This document shows positions 52,796-60,283 of a DNA stretch of 60,283 bases, piece after piece. The stretch is from a virus (Duplodnaviria > Caudoviricetes), in IMG/VR virus record IMGVR_UViG_3300021086_000005, positions 1 through 60,283 of that record; one strand, 5' to 3'. The notes under the pieces were generated by a model. The model was not told where the DNA came from. It searched no databases and worked only from the letters and a program-made list of their open reading frames with translations. A program made the translations under genes and the position numbers. Position 1 is the stretch's first letter; the number at the start of each line of letters is the position of its first letter.

Positions 52796-55486
52796 GTGGT
52801 GGCGTCGACTGCGGTACGCGTAGACCGGTGGCTGGAGCGTGGCTCCCCGGTCGTCGTTGGCGTGCCCGGCGGTTCCGGGACCGGTGGTGGTGGGGTTCCG
52901 ATCCTGACGCAACAGTTCGGCACGAACTTGTTGTTGTCGGTGCAGATCGCGTGGGGCGCGAACTTGGCGGCGGACGAGTCGACGTGGACATGGGTGGATG
53001 TTTCCCACGATGTGCAGTACCAGCAGAAGGTCGTGATCAAGGTTGGGCGGGCGGACTGGGCCAGCACTCCGCAGCCGGCGACGGTGGACTTTACGTTGGA
53101 CAACAGGTCCGGCGCGTACAGCAAGGGCCCGCAGTCCCCGAACTACCCGTTTGTTCGGCGCGGAACCCCGATCCGGGTCGTTGTCTCCTACAACGGTGCG
53201 GCGGCCACAAGGTTCGACGGGTCCGCGGTCGGGTTCACGCCGGACTGGGATACGTCCGGTAGCTACGCGGTCGTAGCGGTGCAGGCGGCCGGGTCGAAGC
53301 GGCGGCTGAACCAGGGCTCCGAAGTGCTCCAGTCGACACTGAGGCGCTCGATCCCGACGTTGGGGAATCTGGTGGCGTACTGGCCGTGTGAGGACGGCAC
53401 CGCGACCGGCAGCCTGAAGTCGGCGATCGGTGGGCAACCGCTCGCGATCTCCGGGACGCCACAACTCGCCGCGTATTCGGCGTTCGCGTGCAGTTCGCCG
53501 ATTCCGACGTTCGCCACGGACTCGTGGTCCGGGCAGGTCCCGTCCTACCTAGACAGCGGCTCGGGGCAGGTTCGGTTTATTATGAACATACCGACCGCGT
53601 CGCCGCCACCGGACCAGGCTCCGCTGATCTCGTTGAGTACCGCAGGTTCCATCGCTCGGATCGAACTGCGGTACATATTCGGGGGACTGCTCAGGCTGAT
53701 CGGGTTTGACCGCACCGGGGCGACCGCATTCGACAGTGGCACGCCAACCTTCGCGGTGCTTGGCGTTCAGACGCGGCTCTCTGTGCAGTGGACCACTAGT
53801 GGTGGCAACACAACGTTCACGTTCAGCCAACTGAACGTGAACGTTGGCTCCGGCGGTGCCGGCTACTTCAACGTGACCGCGACTGGATGGACAGTCAAGG
53901 GCGTCACCAACATTTCGGTTGCCGCTGGGGGCAACCTCGCGGGCGTCAGCATCGGGCAGATCTACGTGCAGAACCAGAACGATGATATCTTCATCCTCGC
54001 GAACCAGCTCAATGCGTTCAACAACGAGGGCGCATCGGATCGAATCAAGCGGCTGTGTACCGAGCAGGGCGAGAAAGTCACTGTGCACGGCGGGTTCAAT
54101 CAAGGCGTAATGGGGCCGCAAGCCCAGGACACGTTCATCAACCTCCTCGAAGCTGCTGCGACGGTTGACCAGGGCTACCTGTGTGACGGTGTAGCCCCGG
54201 GTCTCACCTATTTCACCCGTGACAGCCTGGAAAACCAACACATCCAACTCCCGTTGGCCGCGAACCTGGGGCAGATCGAACAACCCGTCACACCCGTTGA
54301 CGACGACCAGGCCACGATCAACTCTGTCACAGCGGGCCGCCCCAACGGCGCCACCGTCACCGTCTCGGATCTGACCGGGCCGCTGGGTGTCAACGCCGTC
54401 GGCACCTACACGGCGTCGATCACCGCGAACTGTGAATGGGACGCGGCACTGGCCGATCTCGCCGGGTGGCGAGTCCACCTCGGGAATCTGGACGAATACA
54501 GGTATCCCACACTAAACCTGGCGCTGCACCACCACCCGGAGCTGCTGCCGTACTGGCTGAAAATCCTCAGTGTCCTCGCCGGCCGCGTCGAAGTGACCGG
54601 GCTGTCGACGATCCGGAAACAGCACAGCACCACGACGGTGCGGCTATTCGCCGAGGGCTGGTCGGAGACGATCGACCAGTTCACGTGGACGATCGCGATG
54701 AACTGCACCCGGTGGGAGCCGTGGCGGATGATCCAACTCGCCCAGGACGTCGGCGACACCAACGAGTTCCTGGGGCGCCCTGACACCGACGGGTCCACTA
54801 CGGTCGGCGACACACCAGTCGGGGCAACGACCATGACAGTCACCACCCCAACCGGACCGCTGTGGATTCAGGGCTCAGGTGACGACTTCCCGTTGGATGT
54901 CAACACCAACGGGTGGCAGACCACCGTCAGCAGCATCGGGGCACCCCTCCCGGTCAACGCGAACTCTACGTTCGAGGCGGGTATCACGCCGTGGACCGTG
55001 GGCGGTGGCACCCTGGTCCAGTCCAGCACCCAGAAGCATTCCGGGGCTTTCGCCGCGAAAGTCACACCGGATGGTGTGTCGGCGAACAACGACATCATCA
55101 GCGAACAACTGGCGATAACCCCGGGGCTTGCCTACTCCGCGACCGCGTGGGTCTGGTTCACGTCGGGTGTGACGAGCAACTACTCGACGTCGATCGCCTG
55201 GTATGACAGCACTGGCACGTTCATCTCTACGGCGTCGACGTTCGTATCGGTGTCCGCGACCACCTGGACCCAGGTAACCGGCACGTTCACCGCACCAGGG
55301 AACGCGGCCTTCGCGGCGATCGTGCCGCTGCTGCAAGGCACCCCGGCCGCAGCGCAGATCTGGTACGTGGATGACGTGTCAGTACCTGGCCGGCAACAGG
55401 TGTTGACCCTCGCGTCACCGACGCCTGCCGATATCCCTGCTGGCTCACCGGTTTCGGTGTGGCTCCCGACCTTTCTGACGATGTGA
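52796..55486 (+). CDS. Minor tail/baseplate protein with LamG-like and carbohydrate-binding domains
   Basis: TLDNRSG.YS, LVAYWPCEDG, NANSTFEAGITPW...WYVDDVSV. Confidence 0.75.
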   Translation: MVASTAVRVDRWLERGSPVVVGVPGGSGTGGGGVPILTQQFGTNLLLSVQIAWGANLAADESTWTWVDVSHDVQYQQKVVIKVGRADWASTPQPATVDFTLDNRSGAYSKGPQSPNYPFVRRGTPIRVVVSYNGAAATRFDGSAVGFTPDWDTSGSYAVVAVQAAGSKRRLNQGSEVLQSTLRRSIPTLGNLVAYWPCEDGTATGSLKSAIGGQPLAISGTPQLAAYSAFACSSPIPTFATDSWSGQVPSYLDSGSGQVRFIMNIPTASPPPDQAPLISLSTAGSIARIELRYIFGGLLRLIGFDRTGATAFDSGTPTFAVLGVQTRLSVQWTTSGGNTTFTFSQLNVNVGSGGAGYFNVTATGWTVKGVTNISVAAGGNLAGVSIGQIYVQNQNDDIFILANQLNAFNNEGASDRIKRLCTEQGEKVTVHGGFNQGVMGPQAQDTFINLLEAAATVDQGYLCDGVAPGLTYFTRDSLENQHIQLPLAANLGQIEQPVTPVDDDQATINSVTAGRPNGATVTVSDLTGPLGVNAVGTYTASITANCEWDAALADLAGWRVHLGNLDEYRYPTLNLALHHHPELLPYWLKILSVLAGRVEVTGLSTIRKQHSTTTVRLFAEGWSETIDQFTWTIAMNCTRWEPWRMIQLAQDVGDTNEFLGRPDTDGSTTVGDTPVGATTMTVTTPTGPLWIQGSGDDFPLDVNTNGWQTTVSSIGAPLPVNANSTFEAGITPWTVGGGTLVQSSTQKHSGAFAAKVTPDGVSANNDIISEQLAITPGLAYSATAWVWFTSGVTSNYSTSIAWYDSTGTFISTASTFVSVSATTWTQVTGTFTAPGNAAFAAIVPLLQGTPAAAQIWYVDDVSVPGRQQVLTLASPTPADIPAGSPVSVWLPTFLTM

Positions 55487-55496
55487 GGAGCCCGAC

Positions 55497-55961
55497 ATGG
55501 CTGTAGCGGCGGGTCAAAAGCTCCGCGCATCCGACCTCGCGGTGGCGGCGGCGTCGGGTATTCAAACCGACTCCGGGACGTGCGCGAGCGCGACCTACAC
55601 CGGGACCCGGACGGGCACAGCGAATGTGGCAGGGACCGCGTTTTCCGCGCCCAACTCCGGGAACATCATGGTGCTGTGGGCGGCTGGTATCAGCATCGTC
55701 ACTGGCGGGTTCGTCTTGGTTTCGTTCCAGATAGCTACCGGCGCTGTGATCGGGTCCGGTTCAGTGATCCAGGCCGCGTCCGACAACATCCAGGTTCAGG
55801 GCACGGCAACGGCGGAGACGTCGGAGTCCACGTTCTACCCGATCTCCGGGCTCACTGCCGGGGCGAGTTACAACATCCAGTTGATGTACAGAATCGGCGG
55901 CGGCGCCACGAACTCGACTATCAACCGGCCGCGCGTCGCGGTGACGCCACTGTTGGCGTGA
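55497..55961 (+). CDS. Minor tail protein
   Basis: MAVAAGQKLRASDL N-terminus; GAGGAG RBS. Confidence 0.65.
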   Translation: MAVAAGQKLRASDLAVAAASGIQTDSGTCASATYTGTRTGTANVAGTAFSAPNSGNIMVLWAAGISIVTGGFVLVSFQIATGAVIGSGSVIQAASDNIQVQGTATAETSESTFYPISGLTAGASYNIQLMYRIGGGATNSTINRPRVAVTPLLA

Positions 55962-56059
55962 GATAGTTACACCAAGGTAGAGGTATCGAAGAGATGGTTC
56001 GCGACGGCATGGGAGCACTGTCATGACAGTCCACTCCAGACACAGCGGCGGGAGGTCCT

Positions 56060-56308
56060 GTGCTCACGGGAATCGCGGCGCTCATCACCGCAATATCCGG
56101 TTTGATCGTCGCCGCGACCAGTGCCGTCGGCATGGTGGTCGTCGCGCGCCGTACATCACCACGGGAGCGGGACGAAGCAGCCCGCACAGCGACGCAACAG
56201 GCCCTGAGTCCGGGATCTCAGGTCGAGGCGGAAGCTGCGGCGCTGATCGAGATCGCCAACGTGAAGCGGGGGAGGCGAATCCGACGTGACCGACGAGCCC
56301 ACCGTTGA
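56060..56308 (+). CDS. Membrane protein of lysis region
   Basis: GGAGG RBS; N-terminal TM. Confidence 0.55.
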   Translation: MLTGIAALITAISGLIVAATSAVGMVVVARRTSPRERDEAARTATQQALSPGSQVEAEAAALIEIANVKRGRRIRRDRRAHR

Positions 56309-56948
56309 ACAGCAGCAGGTGGCGCACGGCGCCGCGGTCGATGCGCGGCACACCAGCGCTCACCGTCTGTTCGTCGGGTTCGGCGCGCTGCTTCTACTCG
56401 GCTTGATCTGGGCCGGGTGGGGTGTGTGGTCGCTGTCCGAACGCGGTGACGCGCTGGCTAGCCAGCAGCAGTCCGCAGCGACCATCGCGCAGCAGTTGGC
56501 GACGCAGGTCCGGCAGCTCGGCGCCACGCCTGTGGTGCAGCCGCCGGCACCGGTGGCTGGCCCTGCCGGCGCGCAGGGTGCGGCCGGACAGAACGGTGTG
56601 AACGGGGTCGGCGTTCCGGGGCCGGCCGGCTCACCCGGGTTGCCGGGTCCGACCGGGCCTTCCGGCGGTCCGGGACTGCCAGGAGGTGCGGGCGCCCCTG
56701 GCGCGAACGGCTCACCGGGCCAGGACGGAGCAACTGGACCGGCGGGGCCGACCGGAGCGCAAGGTCAGCCCGGCGCGGCTGGTTCACCCCCGGCGGGGTG
56801 GTCGTGGCAGGACCCGAGTGGCACGACGTTCCGGTGCGCGCGGGACAGCGGCTCGACGAACGCGTCCCCGACATACACGTGCACCAGTCAGGCACCGCCG
56901 ACCGCTACGACGACGACACCGCCGCCGCTTCTACCTATTCCAACCTGA
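56286..56948 (+). CDS. Membrane-anchored collagen-like protein
   Basis: TM helix, coiled segment, long G-X-Y run, Cys-containing tail. Confidence 0.8.
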   Translation: MTDEPTVEQQQVAHGAAVDARHTSAHRLFVGFGALLLLGLIWAGWGVWSLSERGDALASQQQSAATIAQQLATQVRQLGATPVVQPPAPVAGPAGAQGAAGQNGVNGVGVPGPAGSPGLPGPTGPSGGPGLPGGAGAPGANGSPGQDGATGPAGPTGAQGQPGAAGSPPAGWSWQDPSGTTFRCARDSGSTNASPTYTCTSQAPPTATTTTPPPLLPIPT

Positions 56949-56959
56949 GGGAGAGCACC

Positions 56960-57982
56960 ATGACCGCACCACGCACCGCTGGCAGACTGGGCCGCAAGCC
57001 GAACGAGGGCAAGCCCCGTATCCGTCTGACCGCGGACCACGTCCCGGCTGCCTACTCGCCGCCGCCGTCGCTGGACCGCTACTCGGCGATCGAACTGGCC
57101 CTGTGGGGTATGGACGCCAACGCCGACTGGGGCTGCTGCACCATCGCTGACGGTGACCACGAGGACAAGGCCGCGGAAGCGGCGGCCGGGAACGCGGTGG
57201 TCGCCTCGACGGATGCCGAGATCCTGGCGATCTACTCGGCGGTGACCGGCTTCGATCCGAATGCGGGGCCGCCCGGGAACAACCCGACGGACAACGGCGC
57301 GGTCATGCAGGATGTCAGGTCCTACTGGCAGAAGACCGGGTTCACGCTCGGTGGCCAGTCGCACAAGATCCTGCTGTTCGCCGAACTGGACGTGCACAAC
57401 GACACGTTGGTGCGGTGGGCGCTGGATCAGTTCGGCGCGGTCGGCATCGGCGTCAACTTCCCGCGCAGCGCGATGGACCAGTTCAACGCCGGCCAGCCAT
57501 GGAACACGTTGACGAACGACGGCGGCATCGAGGGTGGCCACGCGGTCGCTGTGGTGGGCTATGACGGCACCTACTGGTATGTGGTGACGTGGGGCCAGAT
57601 CCAGAAGGTGACCCCGGCGTGGTGGCGCGCCTACGTCGAAGAGGCGTGGACCGCGCTGACGGCTGACTTCGTGAACGCGCACTCGGGTGACGACCCTCTC
57701 GGCGGCACGCTGTACGACCTCGGCGCGCAGTTCGCTGCGGTGACCGGCAAGCCCAACCCGGTGCCTGCTCCTGCCCCGCCGACGCCCGCGCCCAATCCGG
57801 CACCGACTCCTGTGCCTGTGCCGCCCAGTCCGGCACCCACTCCCTCACCGAACCCAGGCCCGACACCTGCGGATGAGGCGTTCGCGGCGATCCTCCACAA
57901 GTGGGTCACGGAACGGCATGTCGGCGAGAACCACCACGTAGCGGTTGCGGCGAAGGTGTGGATGGAAGCGGAGGGACTGTGA
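56960..57982 (+). CDS. Papain-like cysteine peptidase with Pro-rich linker
   Basis: WGCCTIA (Cys), GGHAVAVVGYD (His), VVTWG. Confidence 0.75.
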   Translation: MTAPRTAGRLGRKPNEGKPRIRLTADHVPAAYSPPPSLDRYSAIELALWGMDANADWGCCTIADGDHEDKAAEAAAGNAVVASTDAEILAIYSAVTGFDPNAGPPGNNPTDNGAVMQDVRSYWQKTGFTLGGQSHKILLFAELDVHNDTLVRWALDQFGAVGIGVNFPRSAMDQFNAGQPWNTLTNDGGIEGGHAVAVVGYDGTYWYVVTWGQIQKVTPAWWRAYVEEAWTALTADFVNAHSGDDPLGGTLYDLGAQFAAVTGKPNPVPAPAPPTPAPNPAPTPVPVPPSPAPTPSPNPGPTPADEAFAAILHKWVTERHVGENHHVAVAAKVWMEAEGL

Positions 57983-58274
57983 TGGACCAGAAGCCGAGCG
58001 TCGGCAGGGTCGTCCACTACGTCAGCCACGGCACGCCAGTCCGAGTTGACGGCACGCAGGCGTTCTACCCACGGTGCCGCGCGGCGTGATCACGGAGATC
58101 GCCTACGCGGACCAGCAGTGCACGCAGCCGACCGGTGATGTTGGCCTGTGCGTGCTCAATCCGACCGGCCTATTCTTCCACTCGCTGGCCAACGGTGGCA
58201 GTACGCACGACGCCGACGAGGGTGGAACTGGTGGCTACGCGCCAGGTTCCTGGCACTGGCCGGAGCGTGTGTGA
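57982..58274 (+). pseudogene. Small phage protein split by 1-nt deletion (or sequence error)
   Basis: MDQKPSVGRVVHYVSHG...CRAA* continues as VITEI...VGLCVLNPTGLFF...WHWPERV after a shift at ~58086. Confidence 0.65.
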
Positions 58275-58753
58275 TGGTCATGACGTGGCTGCACAAGAAC
58301 AGCGACGAGGACACCCGCTTCGTCACTCGCCTGCTCCTCCGCACCCGGGAAGTCTTCCCGCAGCAATACCCGCTGTCCTCCTGGCAGCTCGCCGACATCC
58401 TGACCCAGATCGGCATGGAGTTGAAGGGGCACACCGAAACTGACCCGCAGTGGTACGCCCAGCGGTACATCGACCTCGGCGCCTACCTGAACCAGCACGA
58501 GGTGGCCAGCGGCTTGGAGCCGGTCTACCGGCCGCACGTCCCGCCGCTGTTCCGGTTGTGGTACTGGCTGCGCCGCAAGCAGGTCTACGTCATCCCACCG
58601 CCGATCGACATTGTGTTCACCGCGCCACCCGGACCGGGCTCGGAGTGTGTGTTCGTCGATGTCGAGCAGGGCGCCCGTTCCGTGCGCGTCGATTCGTGGG
58701 TGGACCGCCCGGACGGCACGGTGGCGCTGCGACTCCCGGCAGGAGGTGGGTGA
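58274..58753 (+). CDS. Hypothetical protein
   Basis: Coupled ORF; C-terminal PPGPGSECVFVDVE. Confidence 0.55.
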   Translation: MVMTWLHKNSDEDTRFVTRLLLRTREVFPQQYPLSSWQLADILTQIGMELKGHTETDPQWYAQRYIDLGAYLNQHEVASGLEPVYRPHVPPLFRLWYWLRRKQVYVIPPPIDIVFTAPPGPGSECVFVDVEQGARSVRVDSWVDRPDGTVALRLPAGGG

Positions 58754-59085
58754 TGACGGATCAAGGACCGGCGAACTACCAGCGCGCCACATCGCCGACC
58801 GATTACGGCATCACCGACGCGGTGGACATTGGTCACGGCACCTGGATCTCGTTCATGCGTGACCGCGACGGCAACGAGATCGGCATCAACGAGTGGCACA
58901 ACTGCAAGCACGACTTCACCGCCGGGTCGGTGTACTTCGACAACGAGGCAGCCCGACGTGCGTGGCCCGTCGGACAGTTCTGGACCGTTGAGCAGCGGGA
59001 GCCGCTGACGATCTCGCCATCCGTGGCTTGCGGTACCTGCGGCCACCACGGCTTCATTCGCAACGGACAGTGGGTGCCGGCATGA
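58753..59085 (+). CDS. DUF6527-like protein
   Basis: PLTISPSVAC..CGHHGFIRNGQW. Confidence 0.7.
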   Translation: MTDQGPANYQRATSPTDYGITDAVDIGHGTWISFMRDRDGNEIGINEWHNCKHDFTAGSVYFDNEAARRAWPVGQFWTVEQREPLTISPSVACGTCGHHGFIRNGQWVPA

Positions 59086-59978
59086 GCATCCTCTTCGACG
59101 GCACCAACCATCCGAGCTCGCAGCAGGTGATCGATGCGGGCTGCGTCGGAGCCCTGATGTACGGCGGCACACCGCAGTACAGCAAGAACTTCACGCCGGC
59201 CCAGTACCGGGACTACAAGGCGCGCAACCTGTTGACCGCGTTCGCGTTCGAGATCGACGCCAACGACATGAACGGCGCCCAAGCCGCTGGAGCGGCGCAC
59301 GCGGCATCGTTGCTGGCGAACCTGCGCAGCGGCGGCGTGGCCAACACTGAACCGGTCTGCTCGACGGTGGACAAGCACATCACCGCAGCGAACATCCCGC
59401 TCGCTGTCCAATACCAGCGCGGGTTTTACCAGTACGTCAAGGGCAACGGCTGGGCCGGTCCGGACGGGGGCTACGGCTTCGCCGAGTTCCTCGTCGCGAT
59501 CCATGACGCCGGGGTCGCGGACTGGTACTGGGGCGCCGGCCAGCGCTCCCTGCTGCCGCCCTACACCAACATCTGGCAAGACAACACCGGAGTGATCAAC
59601 GTCGGCGGCTCGGCCGATGACCGCGACTGGATACTGATACCCCTGGAGGGAACCATGGACTGGACCGACGTACGCCCGAACCCCATCTACAACCCGGCGA
59701 TCACCGATCCGGCCGACGAGCGCAGCCACCCGAACTACACGGTGGACCAGTACATGCAGGGCTCCTGGGTGAGGACCCTCATCCTCCCGGCCATGGCTGC
59801 CCAGCTCGCAGGTCTGGTCGCTGCGGTCAGCGCACTCACTGCGGCCAACGCCGCGAACCAGCCGGTCACCAAGGCCGAACTGACCGCGATCGTGGATCAG
59901 GCTGTCCAGCAGCACGTCCAGATCACCGGCACGGTGCAGATCACGCCCGCGCCGCCAACCTCCGGAGGCACCCCGTGA
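59082..59978 (+). CDS. Endolysin, DUF1906/GH25-like glycoside hydrolase
   Basis: KNFTPAQY, CSTVD, GGYG, WQ...INVGGSADDRD; followed by holin. Confidence 0.75.
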   Translation: MSILFDGTNHPSSQQVIDAGCVGALMYGGTPQYSKNFTPAQYRDYKARNLLTAFAFEIDANDMNGAQAAGAAHAASLLANLRSGGVANTEPVCSTVDKHITAANIPLAVQYQRGFYQYVKGNGWAGPDGGYGFAEFLVAIHDAGVADWYWGAGQRSLLPPYTNIWQDNTGVINVGGSADDRDWILIPLEGTMDWTDVRPNPIYNPAITDPADERSHPNYTVDQYMQGSWVRTLILPAMAAQLAGLVAAVSALTAANAANQPVTKAELTAIVDQAVQQHVQITGTVQITPAPPTSGGTP

Positions 59979-60175
59979 TCGCCCGCTACCGCAAGGCCCT
60001 CGCCGCACTGTTCGGCGCCCTCACCCCGGCCGTCGTCGTGTTCGTCCTCGGCCTGGTCGGGGTGCACGTCGATCCGACCGTGGCCGCGGCAATCTGCACC
60101 GTGCTGGCAACCGGGCTGACCATCCTGGTGCCGGCGAACGCACCGAAGCCGGCTGCACTGCGGCCGACGGACTGA
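59975..60175 (+). CDS. Holin (two TM)
   Basis: RYRKALAALFGA...TILVPAN. Confidence 0.75.
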   Translation: MIARYRKALAALFGALTPAVVVFVLGLVGVHVDPTVAAAICTVLATGLTILVPANAPKPAALRPTD

Positions 60176-60283
60176 CCTCGTGTTCCGCAACTGGCTCCGC
60201 AACCAATTCGATCAAGTCAAGGAGATCCTCATGGCCACCCAGGCCGACATCGACGCCCTCACCGCCCAGCTCACCTCGTTCCA
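60156..60283. repeat. Terminal overlap copy 2
   Basis: Same sequence as 1..128. Confidence 0.95.

Larger units (their letters stand above)
1..60283. mobile_element. Complete temperate actinophage (siphovirus) genome carrying a TraB-type conjugation module
   Basis: Integrase + attP, immunity switch, replication, head, tail and lysis modules all present; ends overlap. Confidence 0.93.

Noticed and set aside
41990-55961. Diversity-generating retroelement acting on fibre genes
   Set aside because: No reverse transcriptase and no TR/VR pair seen; repeats are protein-level.

Overview
The window is an apparently complete, circularly permuted genome (~60.15 kb; 128-nt end overlap with one mismatch) of a high-GC temperate siphovirus of a filamentous actinomycete (host family is inference, possibly Pseudonocardiaceae). 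It holds a tyrosine integrase with an attP matching the 3' half of tRNA-Asn, a repressor/Cro/Xis switch, a long early operon (C5 methyltransferase, DnaQ-like and PD-(D/E)XK exonucleases, ERF, HNH, replication initiator with iterons, VRR-NUC), terminase, portal, ClpP protease, HK97-type capsid, a non-contractile tail and a lysis cassette. The most unusual part is an ~8.4 kb block between the lysis genes and attP that resembles the transfer module of an actinomycete conjugative plasmid or AICE: an XRE-DUF5753/DUF397 cluster, an SpdA-like membrane protein with seven copies of the palindrome CTGGCGCCAG in and around it, a lytic transglycosylase, small membrane proteins, a TraB-type FtsK/SpoIIIE translocase and a clt-like array of GACTCACT(T) repeats right after traB. 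This suggests a phage that may also spread by TraB dsDNA conjugation (inference). Other points: two self-contained promoter/operator cassettes, gene-boundary repeats, a recombination scar, a -1 tail chaperone frameshift, duplicated tail-tube-like genes, a likely two-product endolysin and a few frameshifts that may be sequencing errors. All calls are from motif reading by eye; no searches were run.
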